Counted from the first letter of the stretch, positions 30,508-40,156 are shown. The stretch is 57,004 nt of DNA from an uncultured virus (IMG/VR IMGVR_UViG_3300001605_000010) (IMGVR_UViG_3300001605_000010:62001-119004); one strand, 5' to 3'. Program-made: numbers and translations. The notes: a model not told the origin generated them from the sequence alone.

Positions 30508-31236
30508 CTCTAGTACTCGCACAGCCACTTTTTGGTGGCGTGACACACGACCGATATATTCGTATCGGATGTTGTGTTTCTCTACAAACTCTTGCCAAGC
30601 CCGGAACTCATCCAGCTGCCATCCGGGATAGTTGATGTACTCATCAAAAACAATCACAGTACCCGGCACAATCTGACCTTGCAGATTCTCCAACACTGTG
30701 ACAGTACTGGAATAAAGATCGCAGTCCACATGCAACAGAGCCAAAGGTTCGGTGTGTTTTTTTACAAATCCCGGTAGAGTCTCGTTGAACCAACCCACTA
30801 CCAACTCACAGTTTTTCCTCACTGGGGGGAGATTTTTACGGGCAAAAAATCCCCGGCGCATACGACTGGTCCAGTCTTCAGGGAGTCCATCGAAACCGTC
30901 AAATCCATAAACGGTTTTTTGCGGCAACCAACGAGCAAATTGATTCAAGGTACGCCCGGTAGCCACACCAAACTCCAGCACAAGACCATGCGCCACGAGC
31001 CCACGATCCAACTGCGTGGTGGCGATCCAGTGATGGAGATCATAGTCGGTATCAAAGTTGGGAACAGCTCTCATATGCTGGATCACATAACGAGCAGATT
31101 CCTCTGATGCCAATCTCACCGCGGTGAATTCAGTATCAATCACATCAGTGTACTGACCCAAGAGTTGTCGTTGCCGACGACTGGGTTGCGGATACCTCCA
31201 CCATTCTTCGAGTCTGTCAAGTAATCTATGTATCAT
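30493..31236 (-). CDS. TylF/MycF-like class I SAM-dependent methyltransferase
   Basis: LEFGVATG, GFDGFDGLPEDW, GWFNETLP, LHVDCDLYSST and FDEY motifs. Confidence 0.85.
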   Translation of the reverse strand: MIHRLLDRLEEWWRYPQPSRRQRQLLGQYTDVIDTEFTAVRLASEESARYVIQHMRAVPNFDTDYDLHHWIATTQLDRGLVAHGLVLEFGVATGRTLNQFARWLPQKTVYGFDGFDGLPEDWTSRMRRGFFARKNLPPVRKNCELVVGWFNETLPGFVKKHTEPLALLHVDCDLYSSTVTVLENLQGQIVPGTVIVFDEYINYPGWQLDEFRAWQEFVEKHNIRYEYIGRVSRHQKVAVRVLEVSTH

Positions 31237-31242
31237 GTTGCT

Positions 31243-31272
31243 ATTGTAGCAGAGTCAAACAGTGGAGGTCAA
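31243..31272 (-). promoter_or_regulatory. sigma70-type promoter
   Basis: TTGACC-N18-TACAAT, directly before the ATG at 31236. Confidence 0.6.
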
Positions 31273-31274
31273 GT

Positions 31275-31595
31275 CTATCTAAAGAAGATCAGAGCCATCA
31301 ACATGGCCTGCAGCATGAATCCCACAGAGATAGTGATGATCTGGAGGAAGTTGCGTTGTATCACGGCCTGGACAAACATCATGAACAAACCGGTCCATAA
31401 CAACAGCACCATCTCTATGGGCAGCATACGATCACTGAGTCCCACCATCATGGCCAGCAGTGCTGGTATGGTGGCTGAATGCAGCAGTATCACTGCCAGC
31501 CAGGCAAACGCTCTGGGACCAATGTTAGTGGCATGATGATTCAGCCAATGAGCTGATTTGTCTCCCAACTTCTTGATGCGATCGATTTTGGTCAT
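31275..31595 (-). CDS. Small membrane protein
   Basis: Three hydrophobic segments; coupled to the cell-wall hydrolase gene. Confidence 0.65.
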   Translation of the reverse strand: MTKIDRIKKLGDKSAHWLNHHATNIGPRAFAWLAVILLHSATIPALLAMMVGLSDRMLPIEMVLLLWTGLFMMFVQAVIQRNFLQIITISVGFMLQAMLMALIFFR

Positions 31596-32146
31596 TGTAT
31601 ATTATTCCTGGGTCGATAAAAAATATGACGCCCGATAGTGGTTGCCCGGTCAAGCCTCCAATTGGGATTCACATAGTCAGCGTGATAAAACAGCGCACCT
31701 TCGAGGCTGGGCAATCGGAATCCTTCCAGGAGCACCATCTTGGCTGCGTGCCGGCTCTCCTGATAAAGGTCTTGCCGGACCGGACGACGGTGTACCGACC
31801 CGTCGCACAACCAGGTAAACTGGCAAACCACGTTGCGATGGAATGTGGTTCTTTGATAAATCACTTCACAGGGATCTTTGGGGAACTCGGGGTGAGCCAC
31901 TCGATTCATCACGATCTGGGCCACCGCGATCTTTCCTTCTGCGGGTTCGTGCGCGGCTTCATAATAAATGTTGTCGGCCATGCACTTGAGATGCCGCTCG
32001 CGCTCTCTGAGGCTTACAAACTCAAAAGGTTCAGCCATCCTGCGAGCACTAAGGTCTGAGAATTTGGCATAAGTCACTGATCCCACTGTGCCGATGCCAA
32101 TCACTGCTGCCATGATATACGATATTACATGTATATATTTTTCCAT
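31592..32146 (-). CDS. Cell wall hydrolase (SleB/Hydrolase_2) with N-terminal TM anchor
   Basis: CMADNIYYEA..E...GKIAVAQIVMNRV...CQFTW...ALFYHADYVNPNW...IGRHIFY. Confidence 0.9.
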   Translation of the reverse strand: MEKYIHVISYIMAAVIGIGTVGSVTYAKFSDLSARRMAEPFEFVSLRERERHLKCMADNIYYEAAHEPAEGKIAVAQIVMNRVAHPEFPKDPCEVIYQRTTFHRNVVCQFTWLCDGSVHRRPVRQDLYQESRHAAKMVLLEGFRLPSLEGALFYHADYVNPNWRLDRATTIGRHIFYRPRNNIQ

Positions 32147-32256
32147 ACGGTTCTCCTTTTGGTTAATGCAGGATACTCTCTGCACCAACGGCCCGAAAAT
32201 ATACAAAAGCCGCTGTGGTCTTTTTTAAGACGTAAATTTATATATGTCAGTTTCCT

Positions 32257-32285
32257 ACTATAATAAACTATGTTTATCCGGTCAA
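32257..32285 (-). promoter_or_regulatory. sigma70-type promoter
   Basis: TTGACC-N17-TATAGT. Confidence 0.6.
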
Positions 32286-32298
32286 CGATCTAGGATAA

Positions 32299-32578
32299 TT
32301 AGCACCATTTCAGTACAAACGCACAACAGTCTTTTTCTGAATCAAAATAAAAGATATAGCGTCCGGGACGCTGATCTGTGCTCATTTCTACCATCTGCCA
32401 GCGCCAATCTTCGGATAATTCTGCTTTGCACCATCGTATCACAGGATCTAGAGCGCCAAAAGGGTTTGGTGATCTCCCGAGCATGATTGAAACTGGTTTT
32501 GTCGCGCTGATGCCAGGCACCGATCCGGTTATCGGCACCGGGTATCTGGGTATCAATCTCGGCTGGTAATTTTACCAT
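32299..32578 (-). CDS. Hypothetical protein, apparently frameshifted at about 32460
   Basis: ...HAREITKPF joins GALDPVIRWC...CAFVLKWC if one T of CCCTTTTGGC is removed. Confidence 0.5.
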
Positions 32579-32618
32579 TTTGATTGATTGATCCTGCTAG
32601 CCTCTATCACAGTGCTCG

Positions 32619-33168
32619 TTAAAAGGGCGCAGGATCTCTGTGGGTAGGTTCATCATCACGAAGCCAGCGTAGGTCATTGCCAGATTCCATGTATAAACTC
32701 GTTTTCCAGGCTTCCACCCGATTGGGTGATTCCTGGGTGGTGGTGCTCCGTTGCAGATCATATGATTCCTCCTGTGTGATTCTTACCGCTGACCNAAGGT
32801 CGTCCAGTTCCAGGCGCCAGTCCTGATAACCTTCGGCTATGGTCATGAGATAGTTTACTGATGGTTCTCCAGGCGAGTCGTGATTCATCACGTAGAACAT
32901 CACGGGCTCACCGTCGACCTCGATGGTTTCTTTGCGATACAGCGTGGGAAAGCCTTCAAACACATCCAAGGCAGCTTCGCATTTTTCGGTGATGCTCCAC
33001 AGTGCGCCAGGCACAAACTCCCCGGGACTGGGCTGGATGGTAGCAACACCGGAAAATGCCAAGCGGTAATACAGACAGATACATGGCCTTGACAGGCACC
33101 GCATCCGGACATCGCCATCGCATGGATTCCATGTTCAAGTTGGCGCCATAAGCAAAGTATAGTTTCAT
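32619..33168 (-). CDS. Gamma-glutamylcyclotransferase family protein, frameshifted near 33075
   Basis: YFAYGANLN..M..RCPDA in one frame; YRLAF.GVATI...GALW...LDVFEGFP.LY in another. Confidence 0.75.
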
Positions 33169-33404
33169 TTTATATAAACACTTTTGATATATCGATCGGC
33201 TTCCGCCACTGTGCCAGCGTAATAAAGTATGTTGTCATGTATGCCAAAATAATTGCAAAAACTCTGACCATAACGCTGGCTCCTGAGCCCTTCAAATATA
33301 AATCCCCGGGCCCACTCTAAGTATTCCTGTTCTGTGACCTGTTTGATATAGCCGGGATGGTCACGATCCTGCATCATTTCATTTACTGTCCATTGCATAG
33401 TCAT
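33165..33404 (-). CDS. Hypothetical protein
   Basis: RYGQSFCNYFGI; ATGA overlaps on both sides. Confidence 0.6.
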   Translation of the reverse strand: MTMQWTVNEMMQDRDHPGYIKQVTEQEYLEWARGFIFEGLRSQRYGQSFCNYFGIHDNILYYAGTVAEADRYIKSVYIK

Positions 33405-34099
33405 GTTGCGATCAACTCCGGTTGGGTAATCTTCCAAAAATGCCAGTCGTTCTGGATGTCATGACCAAAAAGATAGTTGGCTTTCAGTTGTATCTGATCC
33501 TGTGTGTTCCAGACATGTTCTACCAGGCTGCGTAGAGGGTTGCTATAGTCCACGGGCCACATCACCGCATTGCCAGACTCTTCATCATGGAACCAGTACT
33601 CCATGATCTCTCGACTCCGGCGACTGTGGAAAATGCGCTGGTAACGACGTAGAGTGAGAGCCGTAGCTGTCAGCAGGAACGAAGGTACGTTCAAAGTAGG
33701 CTGTGCCTGGGTATGTGCAATCAGTTCTGCTCTGCGGATGTCTTCTACATAAAAGTATGGTAGACGACACAGCATTCCTTTGTGACACACACGCATGATT
33801 CCGCCGTTGCAGATATCATAGAGATCTCGAGAGAATTGTGTAGGCTCACTGTTGGCCTTCAAGGCACGCAAAGCCAGTTTGTTGCGATAGTACCGTCGAG
33901 TTTCGTCAGCCATTTTTTTATCGTGATCATGAGCTTCGATGTCGATCCATTCTGCCCAGCGTCGGCTAGGCCATTTCTCCCACACATGGTAGGCCGCCCA
34001 GCTCAAGGCCAAGGGATCGGCCCGTTCAGTGAGGGGACGGCGATCTTGATCTTGTTGTTCTCGCTCAAAACTGTCTACGGTAGAATCGATCCAGTTCAT
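33401..34099 (-). CDS. Hypothetical protein
   Basis: 232-aa ORF within the operon. Confidence 0.65.
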   Translation of the reverse strand: MNWIDSTVDSFEREQQDQDRRPLTERADPLALSWAAYHVWEKWPSRRWAEWIDIEAHDHDKKMADETRRYYRNKLALRALKANSEPTQFSRDLYDICNGGIMRVCHKGMLCRLPYFYVEDIRRAELIAHTQAQPTLNVPSFLLTATALTLRRYQRIFHSRRSREIMEYWFHDEESGNAVMWPVDYSNPLRSLVEHVWNTQDQIQLKANYLFGHDIQNDWHFWKITQPELIAT

Positions 34100-34103
34100 A
34101 TTA

Positions 34104-34820
34104 TCAGTCCCACAAAGCCTCGTAGTATTTGCCAAACAATCGGAATCCGTTGGAGATGCGATCCTGTACCTTTTTCATACCATCCACGTCAATCTCGTGA
34201 GTGTGATTGGGCCCATGCCGCATTTCATGCCACTTGGCATCTTTCTTGTCGACTTCGTTTCCATCTCGGTCTACTGGTATCCATAGCCAGTCAATCTCGC
34301 CTGAATGGAATTTATCCTTCCAATCGTCCTTTACTTTCATCTCAAAAGCAAAGATCATCTCATCCAGCACCCAGTCCCAGCGCAGGAAATGATTGCCGTC
34401 AGTATCCCACTCGTTTTCCCGGGGAGGTGCAGCCGTGCTACGCAGATGCTCGGGCACATCTTCATCATCCACACAAGGTGCACCGTGCTTGTCTCGTTTC
34501 AGTTGTTGCAGCATGGGCAACACAATCTGGCTCAGGGTAGAATCCATTGACCAAGTATCCCAGCGGTCGATCCGTACGTAGTCGATCTTGGGGTGCACCA
34601 AATCCATGAACCACTGTATGGCCCGGCTCACAGGCACCAGTCGATCCGACCACTGTTCTACCCAGTCGGGACGATCCGTCCATGCACGGTCTTCATCTAA
34701 AGCAGAGGCGATGCTTTTGTCACGATGGCAACGGCTCCAGTCTGTCCAGAAAAAGAGATAGTCAAACCAGGTCGATGGCGAGTACCAGTGATTGCGATAG
34801 TTAGATATGTAGACTTTCAT
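34104..34820 (-). CDS. Conserved hypothetical phage protein
   Basis: IDRWDTWSMDSTLS.I..PML..LK...WDWVLDEMIFAFE...GFRLFGKYYEALWD. Confidence 0.75.
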   Translation of the reverse strand: MKVYISNYRNHWYSPSTWFDYLFFWTDWSRCHRDKSIASALDEDRAWTDRPDWVEQWSDRLVPVSRAIQWFMDLVHPKIDYVRIDRWDTWSMDSTLSQIVLPMLQQLKRDKHGAPCVDDEDVPEHLRSTAAPPRENEWDTDGNHFLRWDWVLDEMIFAFEMKVKDDWKDKFHSGEIDWLWIPVDRDGNEVDKKDAKWHEMRHGPNHTHEIDVDGMKKVQDRISNGFRLFGKYYEALWD

Positions 34821-34860
34821 TGCGCTGCCCAATCTTGTGTGTATTCATACAGATATCGCT

Positions 34861-34890
34861 ATTATAACAGCAAATAGGATATGTTGTCAA
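34861..34890 (-). promoter_or_regulatory. sigma70-type promoter
   Basis: TTGACA-N18-TATAAT. Confidence 0.75.
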
Positions 34891-34894
34891 CCGA

Positions 34895-35095
34895 TCACCA
34901 GTTGCTTACATCCGTGACTTCAATCTCTTCATAACGGTCCGGAGTGCTGGGATTGAAAAATCGGGCCCAGGTCGCAGTACCAATGCCATTGTTGTTTTTC
35001 TGCACAAACATCACGCACTCGTAGTTTTTGTTGAGTTGCAGCCACATCACTGTGCGTTCCAATTCGAGACGTGTGAGTACTGTTTTGCGTGTCAT
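34895..35095 (-). CDS. Hypothetical protein
   Basis: 66 aa; ATGA-coupled. Confidence 0.55.
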   Translation of the reverse strand: MTRKTVLTRLELERTVMWLQLNKNYECVMFVQKNNNGIGTATWARFFNPSTPDRYEEIEVTDVSNW

Positions 35096-35268
35096 CGTGC
35101 AGGAGCCTTGAGTTTCACCATGAGTTCCATCTGGGGATCATGGAATTCTATGGCCCAGGTATTGTCGGCCCAGGCCCATTTGTAGTCACGGCCAACACAT
35201 AACCCCATTTCTGATTCCAACCAATTATGCCACTGGCTGAGGTTCCAATCAGAGTCAAAGGTCAACAT
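35092..35268 (-). CDS. Hypothetical protein
   Basis: Trp-rich 58 aa; coupled. Confidence 0.5.
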   Translation of the reverse strand: MLTFDSDWNLSQWHNWLESEMGLCVGRDYKWAWADNTWAIEFHDPQMELMVKLKAPAR

Positions 35269-35453
35269 TACCAAGTGCCATCGTCGATCCACACACGCAC
35301 GGTCAGCATCAACCAACTCACATAGAATCTTCGTTCATTGGGTCCCAGCCAGGTATCCAGGGGTTCGTTCTGGATCTGCGGAATCCAGGACCAATGCGCA
35401 GGATTCAGTGCGAGCGTGATACTGATTCCGGAATAACGCAGCCATTTAAGCAT
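35268..35453 (-). CDS. Hypothetical protein
   Basis: 61 aa, ending RVWIDDGTW. Confidence 0.55.
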   Translation of the reverse strand: MLKWLRYSGISITLALNPAHWSWIPQIQNEPLDTWLGPNERRFYVSWLMLTVRVWIDDGTW

Positions 35454-35799
35454 GAGTGATCTCTGTGCCAGTGGCTTTTAGCCGGGCCAGGACTTCAGGA
35501 TCACCTTCTGTGACGTACACCATGGCATCTTTCATGCGACTTTCGATGCGTTCCCGGAGTTCGTCCATGGTGGTTCCTTGTGCCAGGAAAGTGTTGTCAT
35601 CTGCTCGATAAACATAGAACACCCCGTTGTCCTCTTCCACACGGGCCTGGACCTGGTTAACACTCAGAGCCTGGATGGCCTGTACCATCTGTTCGAGCTG
35701 TTGTTCGGCACGCCGGGTGGCACGCCGGAGAGCGACGTTTACCACGATGGCCGTCAGCACGATTCCAGCAAACACCCCATAAAAAAATGCTTCTGTCAT
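35446..35799 (-). CDS. Membrane-anchored hypothetical protein
   Basis: N-terminal TM segment; FLAQG motif. Confidence 0.6.
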   Translation of the reverse strand: MTEAFFYGVFAGIVLTAIVVNVALRRATRRAEQQLEQMVQAIQALSVNQVQARVEEDNGVFYVYRADDNTFLAQGTTMDELRERIESRMKDAMVYVTEGDPEVLARLKATGTEITHA

Positions 35800-36314
35800 T
35801 ATTTGAGTCCTTTTTCTTCAACACCGTCCAGATACCATTCAGTGAGTGGTTCGGGTTCTTCGTCTCGCTCCACACCAAATTCTTCACCGGCCAACTCCCA
35901 GTAGCGTTCCTCGTCCTGGCCACATTCCACATACTCTTCATCCATGAACTCACCATCCCAGTTCTCCCAACCCACGAAGCCCATGCCAGGCTCGTAATAG
36001 GAGAGGCGATATGAGACACGACCATCTCGTTCGGCCCAGGCGCGGAATGCTTCCAAGGGCGGAGCCCAGGCCGTGTCAAAACCAAAGGTCACGGCGTCCT
36101 CTTCCACGTCGTCGATCATGGCTACTTCGTTTATGTCCCACTTGGTGCCCCAATTGGTACAACACCAGTCGTACCAATTTTCTTGTTGATCTTTGGGCAT
36201 AGGCACCATCCAATCCAGGAGTCCTAGGTCTGGATCGGCTAGCACGGCCTTGATCTCATCGATCACGGGTCGGGGACCGGAAATGGTTGCTGTGTTCAGA
36301 CACCAGTTGGGCAT
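35799..36314 (-). CDS. YubB/DUF1281-like ferredoxin-fold protein
   Basis: MPNWC...WYDWCCTNWGTKWD...FDTAWAPP...YYEPGMGFVG. Confidence 0.75.
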   Translation of the reverse strand: MPNWCLNTATISGPRPVIDEIKAVLADPDLGLLDWMVPMPKDQQENWYDWCCTNWGTKWDINEVAMIDDVEEDAVTFGFDTAWAPPLEAFRAWAERDGRVSYRLSYYEPGMGFVGWENWDGEFMDEEYVECGQDEERYWELAGEEFGVERDEEPEPLTEWYLDGVEEKGLK

Positions 36315-36348
36315 GTATGTGTTCCTCGATCTTTATTAAGACAAACAC

Positions 36349-36378
36349 ATTATACACGTTTTGGTATTTAATGGTCAA
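36349..36378 (-). promoter_or_regulatory. sigma70-type promoter
   Basis: TTGACC-N18-TATAAT. Confidence 0.7.
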
Positions 36379-36413
36379 CCTCCCAAAATCTGGGCTAATT
36401 TTTGGGCATTTGA

Positions 36414-37067
36414 TCAGGAAAAACGGCCGTATAACTCGGATAGACTACCATCAGTGCAATAAACTTTACCATTGAGCTGTTCATCGGGTAATGATAGGAT
36501 TTTTTCTAAGATTTGAATTTTTTCTGAATAACCGATGCCAGAGATATTACCAGGATCGATACCGAAAAAACATGATGGATGTTGATTGGCAAAATTTTTC
36601 ATGATCATGTAATTTTGGAATTTATTTCCTATGTAATCTGCAACTCCCGGATCATGCTCGTGTACTAGCACCATGGAACTCAACATCCAACAGATCCGAC
36701 TGTTTTGGTGTAATCTATCACCTAATGTATGTATTATCTGGAATGGTAGCTGGCAGCTGACATAGTAACTCTGCTTCCAATGAGCCATCTGTTTCCAAAG
36801 TTCCAGGGTACCATAATTGTTTTGTGAAAAAGAATTTTCGCTCAGGCTAGAACTATTTTGATTGAAAAGAATAAAGTCAATTTTGGGTAAAGACTGCAAC
36901 CAACGATGTAATTCATTTTCTTTGACGGTTTTCCAATCAATCGACAAAACTTTTGGACTGGCCGCAGGTTTGCTAGTGATATTAAAAACGTCATGATTAT
37001 TACTGACACGATACTGCATGAACTCTTCGCCGAATCCTTTACCGGCACCGATAAACAGATCTGTCAT
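36414..37067 (-). CDS. Atypical SDR-like Rossmann-fold protein
   Basis: IGAGKGFG, LSS, YIGNK (YxxxK) and IDPG motifs. Confidence 0.6.
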   Translation of the reverse strand: MTDLFIGAGKGFGEEFMQYRVSNNHDVFNITSKPAASPKVLSIDWKTVKENELHRWLQSLPKIDFILFNQNSSSLSENSFSQNNYGTLELWKQMAHWKQSYYVSCQLPFQIIHTLGDRLHQNSRICWMLSSMVLVHEHDPGVADYIGNKFQNYMIMKNFANQHPSCFFGIDPGNISGIGYSEKIQILEKILSLPDEQLNGKVYCTDGSLSELYGRFS

Positions 37068-38203
37068 AACAGTTCCTTAAAAATTTTTTTCCAGTCAGTT
37101 CCACGACGTTGATCGATATCATCAAAAAATTTCTTATAATCTAGTTCATTGGGATCTTTTTTAATTTCAGCCAGACAATTGAAGATTTGACCATAAAAAT
37201 TTTTGCGCATTCCGGGTAGTTTTAAATTGTTTTCTAGATCATCAATGATCGGTATCTTTGTTTTGTCTGGAAGGTTACGACACAATAGGTCATTTTTGTC
37301 CATACCACATTGATTGATAGTAAAATCATCTATGTCAAACTGATTTTTAAAAAATTGTTGTGTTTCCATCAGAGTCTGAGCGCTGGCCACAAAAAATACC
37401 GAATTGATCCTCAATTGATAATTTAAATCTTTCATCCACTTAACATTATCTAAGAACACTTGCCAGTCAGCACCTTGTCTGATATATTCAAATCTTTCCC
37501 CAAGCGCATCAGCAGACATCGTCACGAGAACATTGGTAAATCGAGAAATCTCTTTCATGAAGGGATTCTGTCGATCAAAAGTCATATTGGTGTTTACACG
37601 CAATAAAAGATCTGGCCTAGGGTCTAATTTCTCAAGCAGACGAATATTATGCTTGATCAAGGTAGGTTCTCCACCACTGAAATAAATTTCTTTCAATTGA
37701 TGCTGATGTGACACTACCCAATCAATGATCTCTTGGGATCGATTTTTTGAAACACTCAGTATAGGAATATTTAATTCCTTGGCGATCGCGCTACTTTGTT
37801 TGGGCCAACAAGTTATACATTTGATATTGCAGATACTGGACCAATGCAAATCGATACCACTCAAATGGAACGTATCAAAATCACTATAATCTACGTTCGA
37901 TGTTTTAAACCAATCGTTATACATATCCCGAAGAAAACTATAAGATTTTTCGGGATTGTCTAATTCTCTACATAAAGAGCAGTTTTCTGTCGGCTGATCA
38001 TTGTACAGAGATTCTCTTATTTTTTTTAATTCTGGATTTTTTAATATTTCCTCGATGCTGTTATTGTTGATGTTTCCCAGGATGGTCTTGCCTTTGACGC
38101 AAGTTTTGACCACACCATCGGTATCAATTTTAAGATAGTTCCAGGGAACCGAACAGAAATGTTGGCTTTTTTTAAAAAGAAAAAATTTTTTTTTGGGATC
38201 CAT
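37064..38203 (-). CDS. Radical SAM protein with N-terminal twitch/SPASM-like cluster
   Basis: FCSVPW...C...CSLC, CNIKCITC, FSGGEP and NTN motifs. Confidence 0.88.
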   Translation of the reverse strand: MDPKKKFFLFKKSQHFCSVPWNYLKIDTDGVVKTCVKGKTILGNINNNSIEEILKNPELKKIRESLYNDQPTENCSLCRELDNPEKSYSFLRDMYNDWFKTSNVDYSDFDTFHLSGIDLHWSSICNIKCITCWPKQSSAIAKELNIPILSVSKNRSQEIIDWVVSHQHQLKEIYFSGGEPTLIKHNIRLLEKLDPRPDLLLRVNTNMTFDRQNPFMKEISRFTNVLVTMSADALGERFEYIRQGADWQVFLDNVKWMKDLNYQLRINSVFFVASAQTLMETQQFFKNQFDIDDFTINQCGMDKNDLLCRNLPDKTKIPIIDDLENNLKLPGMRKNFYGQIFNCLAEIKKDPNELDYKKFFDDIDQRRGTDWKKIFKELL

Positions 38204-38240
38204 CGAAAAGTTATTTAATCAATCGTTAACCAAACAAAAT

Positions 38241-38267
38241 AAAAAGGCTACTTAAAGTAGCCTTTTT
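38241..38267. terminator. Bidirectional rho-independent terminator
   Basis: AAAAAGGCTACTT-A-AAGTAGCCTTTTT. Confidence 0.75.
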
Positions 38268-38291
38268 ATCTTGATCAACCAGTTAGATTGA

Positions 38292-38561
38292 TTAAACCGT
38301 GATGCCCAGAGCCTGAGCTTTGTATGCCAGGGCAACCATGTTACGGCTGGGTTTGCCCAGAACATACTCGGTCACAGCCACGCCATTGCCAGCAGTGCGA
38401 CGGTTGGTGTACACAGCAAAGCCATGCTGACGGATACGGCTGATCTCAGCGTTGAGATTACCGATGCCCATTTTCTTGGCTTTGGCAGTGGTCAGTGCTT
38501 CACCTTTTTTCAAGGCTTGGAAAACGCGGAACGTCTTGGTTTCAGGATTGATAAATTTCAC
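38292..38561 (-). CDS. Winged-HTH DNA-binding protein
   Basis: GEALT...GIGNLNAEISRIRQHGFAVY; GTG start with GAAAGG RBS. Confidence 0.65.
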   Translation of the reverse strand: MKFINPETKTFRVFQALKKGEALTTAKAKKMGIGNLNAEISRIRQHGFAVYTNRRTAGNGVAVTEYVLGKPSRNMVALAYKAQALGITV

Positions 38562-38715
38562 AGTATTACCTTTCTAAGTTAAATCGCTGTACCACACAGC
38601 GTTTTATTATAATAGCACTAACTTCATGTAAAATCTACTAGAACGGTGTAATTCGTTGAATTTTTTTTACCGTTATCAAAGACTTTGGATGATAAGTACC
38701 AGATGCAACCAAGAT

Positions 38716-39114
38716 TCATACCTGTGGCTGGATTGATGCTGAGAGCTGATCAACATGGCGACAACGACCACGGAAACCATGTCCCGGACAGGTGCAAGCC
38801 CAGCGACCCCCATCCAGTGATACCACGTATTCATTTCCTTTGGAGCCAGGTACTCTCCAAGTTTGGCCCTTGGGCGTAGATGGTTCGACCGGATCCACCC
38901 GGATCGACAGATCAAACCGCCAGGTGTTGTTTTTCGTTTCGATGAATTTCCTGCCGCGACGATCGATGCGCTGGGGTCGGCCGAAATATTCTGGCTCGCT
39001 TTCTCCCCATTTTGACATGGCATAGACCTTGTCCCCCGACATGAGATACACATGGTTGGGCTGGCGATAAGGCACTGCCCACTCAGTGATCTCTTTCACG
39101 ATCTTCAAACTCAT
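38716..39114 (-). CDS. SWIM zinc-finger protein
   Basis: GSKGNEYVV...CTCPGHGFRGRCRH. Confidence 0.8.
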   Translation of the reverse strand: MSLKIVKEITEWAVPYRQPNHVYLMSGDKVYAMSKWGESEPEYFGRPQRIDRRGRKFIETKNNTWRFDLSIRVDPVEPSTPKGQTWRVPGSKGNEYVVSLDGGRWACTCPGHGFRGRCRHVDQLSASIQPQV

Positions 39115-39115
39115 A

Positions 39116-39409
39116 TCACATCGACCAATAGAGTTCGGAACTGGGATCACAGCTCCGGGGTGTGTTGGCAGGTTGGGTGAACTTCTCGCCGGTCATGAGA
39201 TTGGTTTTTTCCACACGCCGCTCGATGTTCTTGTGGAAGTTATCGCTGTGAGCGACACTCCAATCAAACAGCGGGCCATCGTTGCTGACATACAAGCCCT
39301 GGTTGGCTAGGAATTTTTTTTGCTTGCGAGTAATCCAAGCCCTGGCGGCCGGACCCGTCTTCACGGTCTTCTGGATCACTGTCGTTGCTTTATCGTAAAC
39401 ATACCACAT
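39116..39409 (-). CDS. Hypothetical phage early protein
   Basis: NLMTGEKF...NTPRSCDPSSELYWSM; AGGAG RBS. Confidence 0.7.
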   Translation of the reverse strand: MWYVYDKATTVIQKTVKTGPAARAWITRKQKKFLANQGLYVSNDGPLFDWSVAHSDNFHKNIERRVEKTNLMTGEKFTQPANTPRSCDPSSELYWSM

Positions 39410-39441
39410 GGTCTGGCTCCTTTTGTTTTTACTATACCTAT

Positions 39442-39494
39442 ATTATAGCCGAAATTGGAATTTCTGGTCAACCTCTAGGTTAGTCAGCACTTAC
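39442..39494 (-). promoter_or_regulatory. sigma70-type promoter plus palindromic operator
   Basis: TTGACC-N18-TATAAT (39442-39471) and GTTAGTCAGCACTTAC (39479-39494). Confidence 0.7.
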
Positions 39495-39721
39495 CTACTA
39501 AAAAACAGCCCCACAGCGTAGATGCTCAAGAGCCCCACGTTCACAGTGATCATGGCCCGCTCGCGGATGCGTATGGCCCAGCACACGAACAGGAGACTGC
39601 CCAGATTCAAGAGATACACATTCATGGGATCGATCCTGAGACTGGTGCACAGGGCACCGGCCAGGGTGACCCAGGTGCCGGCCCACTTGAGATAACGGGT
39701 AGCTCGATCGTCGCGGGTCAT
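39491..39721 (-). CDS. Small membrane protein
   Basis: LKWAGT...NVYLLNLGS; three TM segments. Confidence 0.65.
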   Translation of the reverse strand: MTRDDRATRYLKWAGTWVTLAGALCTSLRIDPMNVYLLNLGSLLFVCWAIRIRERAMITVNVGLLSIYAVGLFFSR

Positions 39722-39987
39722 TTTACCGTGAGCATGTTGCAAGGCACACGATAGCGGCCCAGGGTGGTTGACACCACGGCGTTTTTGATCTTGACGGAAT
39801 CCACTGTGCCATGCACCGTGCTGCCATCCCGGCTGCGGAAGTACACCTGGGCACCGGGGAAAAGTCCACGGCGCACATCCTTGCCTATTTGGGCCCGGGC
39901 GAACTGGATGGCACTGCCAATGGCATTGAGATCATCGTTGGTAAAAACACCGGTTTTGATCTCGCGGATGATGTCTGATGTTGTCAT
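39718..39987 (-). CDS. Hypothetical SH3-like protein
   Basis: GTVDSVKIKNAVV...YRVPCNML; AGGAG RBS. Confidence 0.65.
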   Translation of the reverse strand: MTTSDIIREIKTGVFTNDDLNAIGSAIQFARAQIGKDVRRGLFPGAQVYFRSRDGSTVHGTVDSVKIKNAVVSTTLGRYRVPCNMLTVK

Positions 39988-40016
39988 ATCTGCTCCTTGA
40001 TGTTTACTATACCCAT

Positions 40017-40080
40017 ATTATAGCCGAAATTGGGATTTCTGGTCAACCACCCCTGAATCTCAAGGTCAGTGCGCACTAAC
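40017..40080 (-). promoter_or_regulatory. sigma70-type promoter plus palindromic operator
   Basis: TTGACC-N18-TATAAT (40017-40046) and GTCAGTGCGCACTAAC (40065-40080). Confidence 0.75.
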
Positions 40081-40112
40081 TCAGTAGAAACCATTATATT
40101 TTCCTAAAATGA

Positions 40113-40132
40113 TGTTGCACTGCACATAAATA
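40113..40132 (+). promoter_or_regulatory. PhaR-like box fused to a TAAATA late promoter
   Basis: TGTTGCACTGCACA-TAAATA. Confidence 0.55.
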
Positions 40133-40156
40133 TCCAAACAATCAACGGAGTCAACA

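Noticed and set aside
32299..33168. Programmed frameshifts in two adjacent genes
   Set aside because: Close to an N (32795) and a homopolymer; assembly error is more parsimonious without read data.
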